Shown piece by piece: positions 34,164-51,262 of a DNA stretch of 64,000 nucleotides. How positions within the stretch are numbered: position 1 is the stretch's first letter; every line of letters starts with the position of its first letter. The translations under genes were made by a program, and so were the position numbers. The DNA is taken from NCBI RefSeq assembly GCF_000027125.1, contig NC_017626.1, one strand, 5' to 3'. This DNA comes from Escherichia coli 042 (GTDB lineage: Bacteria; Pseudomonadota; Gammaproteobacteria; Enterobacterales; Enterobacteriaceae). The notes under the pieces are model-generated. The model ran no database searches. It was not told where the DNA came from and was given only the letters and a program-made list of their open reading frames with translations.

Positions 34164-37100
34164 TTACCCCAACTGCTTACGCGCATTGCGGAAAATGCGC
34201 ATCCATGGGCCATCCTCGCCCCAGTTTTCCGGATGCCAGGAGTTGCTGACAGTACGGAAAACACGTTCCGGGTGCGGCATCATAATGGTGACTCGACCAC
34301 TTTCAGTCGTGACTGCCGTAATACCATTCGGAGAACCGTTCGGGTTAGCCGGGTAGGTTTCAGTGACTTTGCCGAAGTTATCGACATAGCGCAGTGCCAC
34401 CAGCCCTTTGCTTTCCAGTGCCGCCAGATGCGCCGCATCACGCACTTCCACGCGCCCTTCACCATGAGATACAGCAATCGGCATTTGCGAGCCCACCATC
34501 CCCTGCAACAGCAGAGACGGGCTTTGGGTTACTTCAACCAGGCTGAAACGCGCTTCAAAGCGATCGGAGGTATTGCGCACAAAACGTGGCCACAACTCAC
34601 TACCTGGGATCAGTTCGCGCAGATTAGACATCATCTGGCAACCGTTACATACCCCCAGCGCCAGCGTTTGCGGACGGTGGAAGAAGGTTGCAAACTCATC
34701 GCGTACACGGTCATTGAACAGGATAGACTTCGCCCAACCTTCACCGGCACCCAGCACATCACCGTAGGAGAAACCACCGCACGCGACCAGGGCGTGGAAA
34801 TCCTCCAGGCCCGTGCGTCCAGCCAGCAGGTCACTCATATGCACATCGATTGCATCGAAGCCTGCACGGTGGAAAGCAGCCGCCATTTCAACATGCGAGT
34901 TCACGCCCTGCTCACGCAGTACGGCAACTTTCGGACGTGCGCCAGTAGCAATATACGGTGCTGCCACATCTTCGTTGATATCGAACGACAGTTTCACATT
35001 CAGGCCCGGATCGGCGTCGTTGGATTTCGCCTGATGTTCCTGATCGGCACATTCAGGGTTGTCACGCAGGCGCTGCATCTGCCAGGTAGTTTCTGCCCAC
35101 CAGACACGCAACGTGGTGCGGCTTTCGCTGAATACAGTCTGCCCGTTGGCGGTAATCACAAAACGGTCACCGGAAACCGCCTGGCCAACATAATGGACGC
35201 AATCAGCAAGGCCATGCAGTGCCAGTACCGCTTCAACTGCTTTACGGTCAGCGGCTCGAACCTGAATCACCGCACCCAGTTCTTCGTTAAACAACGCCGC
35301 CAGGCGATCGTCACCCAGAGTGGCGATATCCGCGTCAATGCCGCAATGACCAGCAAAGGCCATTTCCGCCAGCGTTACCAGCAGGCCGCCATCAGAGCGG
35401 TCGTGGTACGCGAGCAGCTTACGCTGTGCTACCAGCGCCTGAACCGCGTCATAGAAACCTTTCAGTTGCGCGACGTCGCGTACATCTGCCGGTTTGTCGC
35501 CAAGCTGACGATAAACCTGCGCCAGCGCCGTTGCGCCCAGCGCGTTATTGCCTTTGCCCAGATCAATCAGCAGTAATGCGTTATCTTCGGTAGAAAGCTG
35601 CGGCGTGATGGTGTGACGCACATCTTCCACACGGGCAAATGCAGAAATCACCAGCGACAGCGGCGACGTCATTTCGCGCTCTTCGTTACCTTCCTGCCAG
35701 CGGGTTTTCATCGACATAGAGTCTTTACCCACCGGGATCGTCAGGCCCAGCGCCGGACAAAGTTCTTCGCCCACAGCTTTAACGGCTTCATACAGGCCCG
35801 CATCTTCACCAGGGTGGCCTGCCGCCGCCATCCAGTTGGCGGAAAGTTTAATGCGTTTGATATCGCCAATCTGTGTTGCGGCAATATTGGTTAACGCTTC
35901 ACCGACCGCCAGACGGGCAGAGGCGGCGAAATCCAGCAGCGCAACCGGCGCACGCTCGCCAATCGCCATCGCTTCACCATAGTAGCTGTCAAGGCTGGCG
36001 GTAGTGACCGCGCAGTTAGCGACCGGCACCTGCCACGGACCCACCATCTGATCGCGCGCTACCATGCCGGTTACGCTGCGGTCACCAATGGTCACCAGGA
36101 AAGTTTTCTCCGCCACGGTCGGCAGGTGCAGCACGCGTTTCACCGCGTCAGCAATGGTAATCCCTTCACGAACCAGCGCATCACCCTTCGCTTTCAGCGT
36201 TTGTACTTCGCGGGTCATCTTCGGCGTTTTACCAAGCAGTACGTCCAGCGGCAGATCGATCGGCTGATTATCAAAATGACGATCGTGCAAAGAAAGATGC
36301 AGTTCTTCGGTCGCTTCACCAATCACCGCGTATGGCGCGCGCTCACGCTTACACAGTTCGTCAAACAGCGGTAACTGATCGGCAGCAACCGCCAGCACGT
36401 AGCGTTCCTGGGATTCGTTACACCAGATTTCCAGCGGGCTCATGCCCGGTTCGTCGCTCAGGATATCGCGCAGTTCGAATTTACCGCCGCGCCCGCCGTC
36501 GCTCACCAGTTCCGGCATGGCGTTAGAAAGACCGCCTGCGCCAACGTCGTGGATAAACAGGATTGGGTTGGCATCACCAAGCTGCCAGCAACGGTCGATC
36601 ACTTCCTGGCAGCGACGCTCCATCTCCGGGTTGTCGCGCTGTACGGAAGCGAAGTCGAGGTCGGCATCAGACTGACCAGACGCCATGGAAGACGCCGCGC
36701 CGCCGCCAAGACCGATGTTCATTGCCGGGCCGCCGAGAACGACCAGCTTCGCACCAACGTTGATCTCGCCTTTTTGTACGTGATCGGCACGAATATTGCC
36801 GATCCCGCCCGCCAGCATGATCGGTTTGTGATAACCGCGCAGCTCTTCGCCATTGTGGCTGTTCACTTTTTCTTCATAAGTACGGAAGTAGCCGTTCAGT
36901 GCCGGACGACCAAATTCGTTGTTAAATGCCGCGCCGCCCAGCGGGCCTTCGGTCATGATGTCCAGCGCGGTGACAATGCGCTCAGGCTTACCGAAATCTT
37001 CTTCCCACGGCTGTTCGAAGCCTGGAATTCGCAGGTTGGAAACGGAGAAACCTACCAGACCAGCTTTCGGCTTTGCGCCACGCCCGGTGGCACCTTCATC

Positions 37101-38051
37101 GCGGATTTCACCGCCGGAACCGGTCGCCGCGCCCGGCCACGGAGAAATCGCCGTCGGGTGGTTGTGAGTTTCGACTTTCATCAGAATATGCGCCGGTTCC
37201 TGATGGAAATCGTAGCGGCCCGTTTCGTGGTCAGCAAAGTAGCGGCCCACTTCAGACCCTTCCATGACGGCGGCGTTATCTTTATAAGCAGAGAGAACGT
37301 GATCCGGCGTAGTTTCGAAGGTATTTTTGATCATCTTGAACAGCGATTTCGGCTGCTGTTCACCGTCGATAATCCAGTCGGCGTTAAAAATTTTGTGGCG
37401 GCAGTGCTCAGAGTTCGCCTGAGCGAACATATACAGCTCGATGTCGTTCGGGTTACGACCAAGCTTTGTGAAAGCATCCTGCAGATAGTCGATTTCATCT
37501 TCCGCCAGTGCCAGGCCAAGACGCAGGTTAGCGTCGATTAGCGCCTGACGGCCCTGTCCCAGCAAATCAACGCTGGTGACCGGAGTCGGTTGATGGTGTG
37601 CAAACAGCTGCTCTGCATCATCTAAAGCAAAAAAGACCGTTTCCATCATGCGGTCGTGCAGTACAGCGGTAACTTGCTGCCATTGTTCATTGGTCAGCGT
37701 ACCGGCTTCTATATAGTAAGCCACGCCGCGCTCAAGACGGTTTACCTGTTGCAGCCCGCAGTTATGGGCAATATCGGTCGCTTTCGAAGACCAGGGAGAG
37801 ATGGTGCCAGGACGCGGGGTCACCAGCAGGAGTTTGCCTTGCGGGGCGTGGCTGGCGAGTGCCGGGCCATATTTCAGCAGGCGTTCAAGTTGTGCGTGCT
37901 CATCATCGTTTAACGGCGCATTGAGGTCAGCAAAATGGACATACTCGGCGTAAATAGTGTGAACCGGGAGCCTGGCAGCCTGAAAACGTGCCAGCAGTTT
38001 GTTGATTCGGAATGCCGACAATGCAGGCGAACCACGCAGAATTTCCATCAT
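34164..38051 (-). CDS. purL: Phosphoribosylformylglycinamidine synthase PurL (large single-chain form)
   Basis: ORF 34164..38159; the recognised PurL N-terminus [23 protein letters not shown] is internal (1295 aa); C-terminal glutamine amidotransferase domain with GVCNGCQ. Confidence 0.95.
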   Translation of the reverse strand: MMEILRGSPALSAFRINKLLARFQAARLPVHTIYAEYVHFADLNAPLNDDEHAQLERLLKYGPALASHAPQGKLLLVTPRPGTISPWSSKATDIAHNCGLQQVNRLERGVAYYIEAGTLTNEQWQQVTAVLHDRMMETVFFALDDAEQLFAHHQPTPVTSVDLLGQGRQALIDANLRLGLALAEDEIDYLQDAFTKLGRNPNDIELYMFAQANSEHCRHKIFNADWIIDGEQQPKSLFKMIKNTFETTPDHVLSAYKDNAAVMEGSEVGRYFADHETGRYDFHQEPAHILMKVETHNHPTAISPWPGAATGSGGEIRDEGATGRGAKPKAGLVGFSVSNLRIPGFEQPWEEDFGKPERIVTALDIMTEGPLGGAAFNNEFGRPALNGYFRTYEEKVNSHNGEELRGYHKPIMLAGGIGNIRADHVQKGEINVGAKLVVLGGPAMNIGLGGGAASSMASGQSDADLDFASVQRDNPEMERRCQEVIDRCWQLGDANPILFIHDVGAGGLSNAMPELVSDGGRGGKFELRDILSDEPGMSPLEIWCNESQERYVLAVAADQLPLFDELCKRERAPYAVIGEATEELHLSLHDRHFDNQPIDLPLDVLLGKTPKMTREVQTLKAKGDALVREGITIADAVKRVLHLPTVAEKTFLVTIGDRSVTGMVARDQMVGPWQVPVANCAVTTASLDSYYGEAMAIGERAPVALLDFAASARLAVGEALTNIAATQIGDIKRIKLSANWMAAAGHPGEDAGLYEAVKAVGEELCPALGLTIPVGKDSMSMKTRWQEGNEEREMTSPLSLVISAFARVEDVRHTITPQLSTEDNALLLIDLGKGNNALGATALAQVYRQLGDKPADVRDVAQLKGFYDAVQALVAQRKLLAYHDRSDGGLLVTLAEMAFAGHCGIDADIATLGDDRLAALFNEELGAVIQVRAADRKAVEAVLALHGLADCVHYVGQAVSGDRFVITANGQTVFSESRTTLRVWWAETTWQMQRLRDNPECADQEHQAKSNDADPGLNVKLSFDINEDVAAPYIATGARPKVAVLREQGVNSHVEMAAAFHRAGFDAIDVHMSDLLAGRTGLEDFHALVACGGFSYGDVLGAGEGWAKSILFNDRVRDEFATFFHRPQTLALGVCNGCQMMSNLRELIPGSELWPRFVRNTSDRFEARFSLVEVTQSPSLLLQGMVGSQMPIAVSHGEGRVEVRDAAHLAALESKGLVALRYVDNFGKVTETYPANPNGSPNGITAVTTESGRVTIMMPHPERVFRTVSNSWHPENWGEDGPWMRIFRNARKQLG

Positions 38052-38307
38052 AAGTCTCTCGTCTTCTAAGCTTTCGGTGTACCCAAGGGGGGAAACGGGC
38101 GTCATTATAAAGAATCTGATGCGCTGACGAAACCGTTTGCGTGGAAATAAAATCACCATCGCGAATTAGCAACGCGTGCCGCCAATGGCTGTAATAAGTT
38201 GCCAACTGGCGCAGGTTTACGCAAAATGCCGCTCATTTATGAGTAAACCTTTCACTATTATTACGTTTTTTCAAGCTGGGACGCGCACGACACAGAGAAT
38301 TAACTAA

Positions 38308-40409
<2,102 letters not shown>

Positions 40410-40421
40410 CTATGCTTTACT

Positions 40422-41057
40422 CTATTCCAGTTGCTGGAGTTCACCGCGCGGGGTTACCCGCCAACGATGCTGGCAGAAATAAAGCAGCGGGTTGTCCTGA
40501 TTACTGTCGCTATAGCCACTGTACAGCCGCAGCGGCGTGCCGATTTTGCGCTCCAGTTGCGCGACCTTTTCATGTCCCAGACAACGCATCGTCAACACCC
40601 AACCACCATAGCCACGCTGAATTTGGCTGGCGATAAGATTAACCCGCGGCAGCCAGGGCGTATCGAAATAAACCGCTTCAACCAGCGGCTGCGGAGAGCC
40701 GGTAATCAACCAGATATCAGCATCGGAACTTAACAGGTAGGTGGTTAATCGCTCCTGAACCAGCGGAAAGGCGGTAACATTGTCACGAAACCAGCGTACG
40801 AAATCGGCCTGCAACGTCTGTAAACGTGCTTCATTGTGACCAAAAGTGCACCCCCACAGAAGCAGACTCATCGGCCAGCGTGCCGCACGACCTTTTATCA
40901 ATAACGCAATGGCAATGATCGGCAACAGCGGCAGGACAAGTAACGCATTCAGCGGTTGGCGATGCAGTAAATAACGCAAAAAACTGCCGAACATATCCTG
41001 CTGATGCAATGTTCCATCTAAGTCAAAAAACACCACACGACGCTCGTGAGTTGCCAA
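40422..41057 (-). CDS. pgpC: Phosphatidylglycerophosphatase C (HAD-type)
   Basis: 211 aa; HAD motif I FFDLDGTL near the N-terminus. Confidence 0.88.
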   Translation of the reverse strand: MATHERRVVFFDLDGTLHQQDMFGSFLRYLLHRQPLNALLVLPLLPIIAIALLIKGRAARWPMSLLLWGCTFGHNEARLQTLQADFVRWFRDNVTAFPLVQERLTTYLLSSDADIWLITGSPQPLVEAVYFDTPWLPRVNLIASQIQRGYGGWVLTMRCLGHEKVAQLERKIGTPLRLYSGYSDSNQDNPLLYFCQHRWRVTPRGELQQLE

Positions 41058-41265
41058 ACCATACTCCTCTGGACTGAAACATCCTGATTAATTTTCGCTA
41101 CTACATAGCCTAACAGATAGATCATCACTTTTCCGGCAACAATCGACCACATCATGGCTAACTGGAATTTTTAATTCATGGCAATTAGCGGCAATGGAAT
41201 ATAAAATTCACGCGCGTGTGTCTCATATTGCCTGTTGTCGCCACTATTTCATCGCGAGGAAAGAT

Positions 41266-42114
41266 ATGAACGGCTTACTTCGTATCCGTCAGCGTTACCA
41301 GGGGCTTGCCCAGAGTGATAAAAAACTGGCGGATTATCTGCTGCTACAACCTGATACGGCGCGCCATTTAAGCTCTCAGCAACTGGCCAACGAAGCCGGA
41401 GTCAGTCAGTCCAGCGTCGTGAAGTTTGCGCAAAAACTCGGCTATAAAGGTTTTCCGGCACTTAAGTTGGCGTTGAGTGAAGCGCTGGCAAGCCAGCCGG
41501 AATCTCCCTCCGTGCCCATTCATAACCAAATCCGCGGTGATGATCCGTTACGGCTGGTCGGCGAAAAACTGATTAAAGAAAATACTGCCGCCATGTACGC
41601 AACGCTAAACGTTAATAGTGAAGAGAAGCTGCATGAGTGCGTGGCAATGTTGCGCTCTGCACGGCGGATAATTCTGACCGGTATTGGCGCTTCGGGTCTG
41701 GTGGCGCAAAACTTTGCCTGGAAGCTGATGAAGATTGGCTTCAATGCTGCCGCAGTGCGCGATATGCATGCGCTACTCGCTACAGTACAGGCGTCTTCCC
41801 CTGACGATCTGTTATTAGCCATTTCCTACACCGGTGTACGACGCGAGTTAAACCTGGCGGCAGATGAGATGCTGCGAGTGGGCGGAAAAGTGCTGGCGAT
41901 TACCGGCTTTACTCCCAATGCCCTGCAACAGCGTGCTTCTCATTGCCTATATACCATTGCCGAAGAACAAGCGACAAACAGTGCTTCAATCTCTGCTTGC
42001 CACGCGCAGGGAATGTTAACGGATTTGCTGTTCATTGCGCTGATTCAGCAGGATCTGGAACTGGCACCAGAACGTATTCGTCATAGTGAAGCGCTGGTGA
42101 AAAAACTGGTCTGA
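41266..42114 (+). CDS. yfhH: RpiR/SIS-family transcriptional regulator YfhH
   Basis: ORF 41194..42114; likely start MNGLLRIRQRYQGL (282 aa); N-terminal HTH and SIS sugar-phosphate binding domain. Confidence 0.85.
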   Translation: MNGLLRIRQRYQGLAQSDKKLADYLLLQPDTARHLSSQQLANEAGVSQSSVVKFAQKLGYKGFPALKLALSEALASQPESPSVPIHNQIRGDDPLRLVGEKLIKENTAAMYATLNVNSEEKLHECVAMLRSARRIILTGIGASGLVAQNFAWKLMKIGFNAAAVRDMHALLATVQASSPDDLLLAISYTGVRRELNLAADEMLRVGGKVLAITGFTPNALQQRASHCLYTIAEEQATNSASISACHAQGMLTDLLFIALIQQDLELAPERIRHSEALVKKLV

Positions 42115-42133
42115 GTAAAGAATGCGCGTATAA

Positions 42134-42430
<297 letters not shown>

Positions 42431-42624
42431 TATTCTGCTCCTGGAGTAGACTATTGTTGACTTTATAGTGTGAGCCTTCAGGTTCTTATATTTATTTTAG
42501 TGATGTTATCATAAATATCAATTATTTCATGAATGATAACACTATCTGTATAAGCACTTATTTATAATTATTAAAGGCGCGCCTGGCTGGTTAACCTGAC
42601 GCGCCTTAAGTACGTTTCCTTATG

Positions 42625-42705
42625 TTATAAGAACAGAAGGATCAGCTGTAAAACAGCAATGATGATTTTGATGACCCGTTTAATCAGGTATCGGCAATCA
42701 GTCAT
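42625..42705 (-). CDS. shoB: Type I toxin small hydrophobic peptide ShoB (26 aa)
   Basis: Not in the ORF track (too short). Reverse-strand ATG at 42705-42703 encodes MTDCRYLIKRVIKIIIAVLQLILLFL followed by TAA; matches the recalled ShoB sequence; located between yfhL and acpS. Confidence 0.85.
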   Translation of the reverse strand: MTDCRYLIKRVIKIIIAVLQLILLFL

Positions 42706-42869
42706 TCGTTTTTCCTTAAACAAGGAATGCAGCCGTTCAGATTAGCCCTTACATCTCCCCAAAACTGAACGTGCGAGTTATTGAGGGTGCATGCTGCACT
42801 CCACACCAGAGCTTTGACGACACCACTCGTTTCAATGGGGGAATTCTGTGGCATGGTATAAAGCACAGC

Positions 42870-42948
42870 ATAATCGCCAATAACGAAGCCAATTTTAATG
42901 TACTTCCGAATTGGCGGTCACGTTAATCTTTCCATCAATATTGTTTTC
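42870..42948 (+). ncRNA. ohsC: Candidate OhsC antitoxin sRNA (approximate coordinates)
   Basis: Inferred: an extended -10-like TGgTATAAA at 42853-42861 would start a plus-strand transcript divergent from shoB, and a small hairpin plus T-tract (CAATATTGTTTTCTT) lies near 42930-42948. Coordinates rest on partial recall of the shoB-ohsC locus and are not verified. Confidence 0.3.
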
Positions 42949-43065
42949 TTCGTAAAGGCTCGAGTTTTTATGCTAAAGATTACAAGTTGCTTGTAAAAGA
43001 TAACCGCCCTGATCCATAATCGCTCTTGTTGAGGGTGCGTGCTGCACAAAATTAAAGTTAAAAAG

Positions 43066-43105
43066 TAAAACCCCCGTTCCTTACCAGTTCGGGGGTTTTA
43101 CTTTA
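43066..43105. terminator. Bidirectional rho-independent terminator downstream of acpS
   Basis: AAAACCCCCGTTCCTTACCAGTTCGGGGGTTTT, a GC-rich stem flanked by A-tract and T-tract on both sides, lies 20 bp past the acpS stop. Confidence 0.7.
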
Positions 43106-43124
43106 TAAAGAGAACGGTATTATT

Positions 43125-43505
43125 TTAACTTTCAATAATTACCGTGGCACAAGCATAGTGGCGTTCATCTGCCAGCGTTACATGCATATTTACAACGCCG
43201 AGCTTTTCCGCCAGTTTTAATGCCTCGCCCCACAGTCGCAGCCGTGGCTTACCAAGCTCATCGTTAAATACTTCAAACTGATTAAACGCCAGACCATTGC
43301 GGATCCCGGTGCCAAACGCTTTTGCTGCGGCTTCTTTTACGGCAAAGCGTTTCGCCAGAAAACGCACCGGCTGGTGGTGCGTTTTCCAGATTGCCCATTC
43401 GTTATCGTTTAATACGCGGCGTGCCAGGCGCTCACCGGATCGGGCGATCACCGCTTCAATGCGAGCGATCTCCACAATATCCGTACCTAAACCTAATATT
43501 GCCAT
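43125..43505 (-). CDS. acpS: Holo-[acyl-carrier-protein] synthase
   Basis: 126-aa [23 protein letters not shown]; start overlaps the pdxJ stop (TAATGG). Confidence 0.95.
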   Translation of the reverse strand: MAILGLGTDIVEIARIEAVIARSGERLARRVLNDNEWAIWKTHHQPVRFLAKRFAVKEAAAKAFGTGIRNGLAFNQFEVFNDELGKPRLRLWGEALKLAEKLGVVNMHVTLADERHYACATVIIES

Positions 43506-44236
43506 TAGCCACGCGCTTCCAGCATCAAACGCTTCATTTCTGCCACCGCATCTTTCAGTCCGGTCATCACTGCACGACCAATAATGGCATGACCGATATT
43601 CAGTTCATGCATCTCAGGGAGGGCGGCAATGGCTTTCACGTTGTGATAGGTCAGACCGTGTCCGGCGTTAACTTTCAGACCGAGACTTGCGGCAAAGGTC
43701 GCGGCTTTGGCGATACGCGCCAGCTCTTGCGCCTGTTCGGCGTCAGTTTTGGCATCAGCATAGCAACCGGTGTGGATCTCGATAAACGGTGCGCCAACCT
43801 CTGCCGAAGCTTTGATCTGCTCTTCATCGGCGTCGATAAACAGAGAAACCTGGATCCCGGCCTCCGCCAGACGTTTGCAGGCATCGCGCATTTTTTCACG
43901 CTGTCCAGCGACGTCCAGGCCGCCTTCGGTTGTTACTTCCTGACGCTTTTCCGGTACCAGGCAGCAAAAATGTGGCTTCGTCTCAACGGCGATCGCCAGC
44001 ATCTCTTCGGTCACCGCCATCTCCAGATTCATGCGGGTATCCAGCGTCTGACGCAGGATGCGCACATCGCGGTCAGTAATGTGGCGGCGATCTTCACGTA
44101 AATGCACGGTAATGCCGTCTGCTCCCGCCTGCTCGGCAATAAACGCCGCCTGCACTGGATCCGGGTAAGCAGTACCGCGTGCGTTACGCAGCGTTGCAAT
44201 ATGGTCAATGTTGACGCCTAACAGTAATTCAGCCAT
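43505..44236 (-). CDS. pdxJ: Pyridoxine 5'-phosphate synthase PdxJ
   Basis: ORF 43505..44251; the recognised PdxJ N-terminus [21 protein letters not shown] is internal (243 aa). Confidence 0.93.
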   Translation of the reverse strand: MAELLLGVNIDHIATLRNARGTAYPDPVQAAFIAEQAGADGITVHLREDRRHITDRDVRILRQTLDTRMNLEMAVTEEMLAIAVETKPHFCCLVPEKRQEVTTEGGLDVAGQREKMRDACKRLAEAGIQVSLFIDADEEQIKASAEVGAPFIEIHTGCYADAKTDAEQAQELARIAKAATFAASLGLKVNAGHGLTYHNVKAIAALPEMHELNIGHAIIGRAVMTGLKDAVAEMKRLMLEARG

Positions 44237-44247
44237 GACAATCCTCA

Positions 44248-44976
44248 TCATTCATAATGTGTTTTCACCGTTCGCTTAGGCATAAACTGCCGGAACAGTT
44301 CCCTGCTCTTTAATGGTTTACCGCCAAGATACGGCTTAAGCGCCATGCGGGTAAAGCGTTTCGCGGCGCGTAGTGTGTCTGCGTCAGGAAATTCCCGCGC
44401 GTTTAACGCTTTTAACTGCCTTCCAGTGAACGTTTTATTGTCGATAACGACGCTTGCGATAAACCCTTTTTCTTCGCGATAACGATACGTCATGGTGTCA
44501 TCTACCGGCTCGCCGCTACCCGCACAATGGGTAAAATTGACGCCATAGCCCAGATGCCCGAGCAGTGCCAGTTCAAAGCGGCGCAGCGCGGGTTCTGGCG
44601 TACCAGTGGCACCTGCAAGAGACTGAATGCAGTGCAAGTAATCGAAAAAGAGTTCAGAGAAGCGCGTCTCGTATTCCAGCACGCGGGAAAGAAGTTCGTT
44701 GATGTACAAACCGCTGTAAAGGGTGATACCGCTTAATGGCAGCGCCAGCGAGACAGCTTCGGCACTGCGCAGTGTTTTGACTTCACCACGCCCACCGAAG
44801 CGAAGCAAGAGAGGGGTGAAAGGTTGTAATGCACCTTTCAGAGTAGAGCGTTTAGAGCGTGCGCCTTTGGCAACCAGACGCACGCGACCCGATTCCTCCG
44901 TGAAGACGTCCAGCATCAGGCTCGTTTCGCTCCACGGGCGACTATGCAGGACAAATGCGCGCTGCCAGCCTTCCAT
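44248..44976 (-). CDS. recO: DNA repair protein RecO
   Basis: 242-aa [41 protein letters not shown]. Confidence 0.93.
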
Positions 44977-44987
44977 CGGAGTTACTC

Positions 44988-46600
<1,613 letters not shown>

Positions 46601-46842
46601 TCAGCACACGAAACAGACCTGATATACATGGCTCTGCTAACTGCTTCGCTGCAGTTTCAGTTTACCGGTATATGGGGACCAACGCTGTTTCGTGTGCCGT
46701 GGCAACCTGGAGGTGCCAACCTTAAACTTCGGGGGAATATTCTATACACAACGACGGGGGATGTCGTTAGCCACGGGAGATTTATCTCATAAATAATTCA
46801 CGTTGTCGCCATAACGGCGACAACGTGAACGAAGATGGGCTA

Positions 46843-47817
46843 TTAATGGATGCCGCCAATGCGACTTAAGCGCACACCTGTCGGCCATTCGCCTTCTTGC
46901 TTATCGAAGCTCATCCAGATAGCCGTTGCCCGACCGACCAGATTCGCTTCCGGCACAAAGCCCCAGTAACGGCTGTCCGCGCTGTTGTCGCGGTTGTCAC
47001 CCATCATGAAGTATTGTCCCGGAGGAACAATCCAGGTTGCCAGTTGTTGCCCTGGCTGCTGGTAATACATCCCCACCTGATCCTGCGCAATCGGCACTGT
47101 CAGAATGCGGTGCGTCACATCACCCAGTGTCTCTTTACGCTCGGAAAGACGAATTCCATTTTCTTTGGTTTCGTTTTTCGGCACTTCAAAGAATCCGCTG
47201 GTCGCTTCCCCACCATTACGGCGTGAGAAGGTCTGAACGAAATCGCTCGGTTCCACGTTTGAGTAGGTGACCGGCAGCGCGTTTTCACACGCCTGGCCGG
47301 AACTGCATCCCGGTTGAATCGTCAGCTCTTTTGAGACCGGATCGTAAGTGACTTTATCGCCCGGTAAACCCACCGCGCGCTTGATGTAATCAAGCTTTGG
47401 ATCTTCCGGATATTTAAAGACCACGATATCGCCGCGTTTCGGATGACCGGTTTCGATCAGCGTTTTCTGGTAGATAGGATCTTTAATGCCATAAGCAAAC
47501 TTCTCTACCAGAATAAAATCACCGATTAACAGAGTCGGCATCATCGAACCTGACGGGATCTGGAACGGTTCATAAATAAACGAACGCACAATCAATACGA
47601 TAGCCAGTACCGGAAAAACAGAAGCACCGGTTTCCAGCCAGCCAGGCTTCGGCGCAACCTTTTTCAACGTTGCTTTATCCAGTGAGTCACCGGCAGCCGC
47701 CTGCGCCGCTGCCTGACGTTCCCGCCGTTTAGGTGCGAAAAAGAATTTATCCACGCACCATAAAATGCCCGTCACTAGTGTGGCAATCACCAGAATCAGG
47801 GCAAACATATTCGCCAT
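46843..47817 (-). CDS. lepB: Signal peptidase I (leader peptidase)
   Basis: 324 aa with two N-terminal TM segments, catalytic SGSMMPTL serine box and the lysine box. Confidence 0.95.
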   Translation of the reverse strand: MANMFALILVIATLVTGILWCVDKFFFAPKRRERQAAAQAAAGDSLDKATLKKVAPKPGWLETGASVFPVLAIVLIVRSFIYEPFQIPSGSMMPTLLIGDFILVEKFAYGIKDPIYQKTLIETGHPKRGDIVVFKYPEDPKLDYIKRAVGLPGDKVTYDPVSKELTIQPGCSSGQACENALPVTYSNVEPSDFVQTFSRRNGGEATSGFFEVPKNETKENGIRLSERKETLGDVTHRILTVPIAQDQVGMYYQQPGQQLATWIVPPGQYFMMGDNRDNSADSRYWGFVPEANLVGRATAIWMSFDKQEGEWPTGVRLSRIGGIH

Positions 47818-47832
47818 GCCAACTCCTAAGGG

Positions 47833-49632
<1,800 letters not shown>

Positions 49633-49829
49633 AAAGTATGATTATTGTGCCTTAATGCCCGGTTAACCAGGCTTTTAGAAGTCGCTGTTCTGAGCTTAAC
49701 GTCTGTATTAATAGAAACGCCGCATTCTACACTACAACATTGAGGCGAGGAAATGTTCATACCGTATGGATTGTGGTATCTGGAAACGTCCTCGCATTTG
49801 TTATGCAAAATGCAACAAAGCCAGTGAAA

Positions 49830-50309
49830 TCACTGGCTCGCGTCTTCCGAAGATGTTTCAAATCGCACAAGGCCAGGCGGCAATGCCACGCTTAAGATGA
49901 TCGGTTGCCATTCAGACCGGGCAGCAAACTTTCGAGAGCCGCCACGTGCAATCAGGAATCCACCAACGCCACCGAGAATCGCACCGCATAATGCTGCAAT
50001 ATCTGAAGCAAAGAGTAGCTGAAATAGTGAAGCGATGAGGAATAGTCCCACCAACGGCGACATATAAACCAGTAATGCGGAGCTAAGCAGGCTGCCTTCG
50101 GCGATCCCCAATTCCACTTTTTGCCCCGGCACTAACGGTTCATCACAGGGTACGACAATGGTATGCGTGGTTTGCGGGCCAAGTTTATTCAACACGCGGC
50201 TACCGCAACCGGCGCGTGAAGCGCAGCTGCTGCATGAGGCTTTAACATCACAACTAACCAGCGCCTGCCCGTTTTCCCAGGAGATGACGGTAGCCCACTC
50301 TTTGATCAT
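49830..50309 (-). CDS. rseC: Sigma-E regulatory protein RseC
   Basis: 159 aa; operon position after rseB; hydrophobic C-terminal half. Confidence 0.9.
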   Translation of the reverse strand: MIKEWATVISWENGQALVSCDVKASCSSCASRAGCGSRVLNKLGPQTTHTIVVPCDEPLVPGQKVELGIAEGSLLSSALLVYMSPLVGLFLIASLFQLLFASDIAALCGAILGGVGGFLIARGGSRKFAARSEWQPIILSVALPPGLVRFETSSEDASQ

Positions 50310-51262
50310 TGCGCTGCCCCGAACTTAATATTCTCGGCAATGCGTTTCGCCGTTTGCGGCGGCAGTTCACCGACAATGGTGATTTCGGCGTTATCACGTA
50401 CGCTTGTACTGACGGTTCTGCGTCCGGTGCGCAACATCTGATCGGTGCTCGATGGCGTAGCGCGGTTAACGTTTACCGAAAAGCTGAATAATCCGTCGGA
50501 ATAGAGACGTGATTCGATAGGCATGTTGTCCATCGTCGGTAGCGGACGTCGACTACTGGAAACTTCGCTAAAACCCTGTGGCAACCAGGTTGGCGTCCAG
50601 CTGAATTTAGCTTTTTCACCTACAGGAACAGAAAGCAACGGCGGCAAATTTGCCTTCGCCAACGTCTGCATACTGCTGCTGATATCCTGATTGACATTAA
50701 AAGCAATCACGCGAAATTGTTCCAGCGTTTCACCATCGCGATCAAGGAGATCAACCCGCATCGGTAATTTCGATTCGGTGTCCATCCACACGATGTAGCT
50801 GTAGCGTGTACCATCTCGGGCAACCACACGAATGACTTCGCAAAGACGATCAGCAATACGCGTGCGCCCGACGGAGATAAAGTCGTAGTAAGGAGAAAGG
50901 CGTTTGAAATCGGTATAGATGAGCGATGGTAGAGAATCAACAATGTAATCGCCATTAAGCGTGAACGGTTCAAGTCCCGGTTCAAAATAGCTGATTTCAT
51001 TGCCGCGCTGTACCACTTCCCGGCGCGGGCCATCCATTTGCAACAATTGTGCAAGAGGACGGTTATCGAGGCGTGCATGTCGATAACGCAGAGACTCAAC
51101 ACCCTGTTTATTGATGCTGATGAATGACAGCTCGTAATTCAGTGACTGACTGGCCAGGTTCATCTGCTGTAATAACGCCCCGGACGCGGGAGTGGCCGAG
51201 GCGTTAGCAGAGAATAACAGGCTACCTGTCACTAATGACATGGCAAACCAAAGTTGCTTCAT
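50306..51262 (-). CDS. rseB: Sigma-E regulatory protein RseB (periplasmic)
   Basis: 318 aa with signal peptide MKQLWFAMSLVTGSLLFSANASA; stop overlaps the rseC start. Confidence 0.93.
   Translation of the reverse strand: MKQLWFAMSLVTGSLLFSANASATPASGALLQQMNLASQSLNYELSFISINKQGVESLRYRHARLDNRPLAQLLQMDGPRREVVQRGNEISYFEPGLEPFTLNGDYIVDSLPSLIYTDFKRLSPYYDFISVGRTRIADRLCEVIRVVARDGTRYSYIVWMDTESKLPMRVDLLDRDGETLEQFRVIAFNVNQDISSSMQTLAKANLPPLLSVPVGEKAKFSWTPTWLPQGFSEVSSSRRPLPTMDNMPIESRLYSDGLFSFSVNVNRATPSSTDQMLRTGRRTVSTSVRDNAEITIVGELPPQTAKRIAENIKFGAAQ

Noticed and set aside
34098-35576. 492-aa plus-strand ORF (and a second of 330 aa at 36549..37541) inside purL
   Set aside because: Entirely antisense to the well-supported purL gene; Arg/Val/Phe-rich low-complexity translation with no recognisable domain; typical shadow ORFs.
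42850-43060. Possible second, decayed shoB-like toxin copy near the second 20-nt repeat
   Set aside because: No small hydrophobic ORF resembling ShoB is present on either strand in this stretch, and the sequence around the second repeat does not align with the shoB leader beyond the 20-mer.
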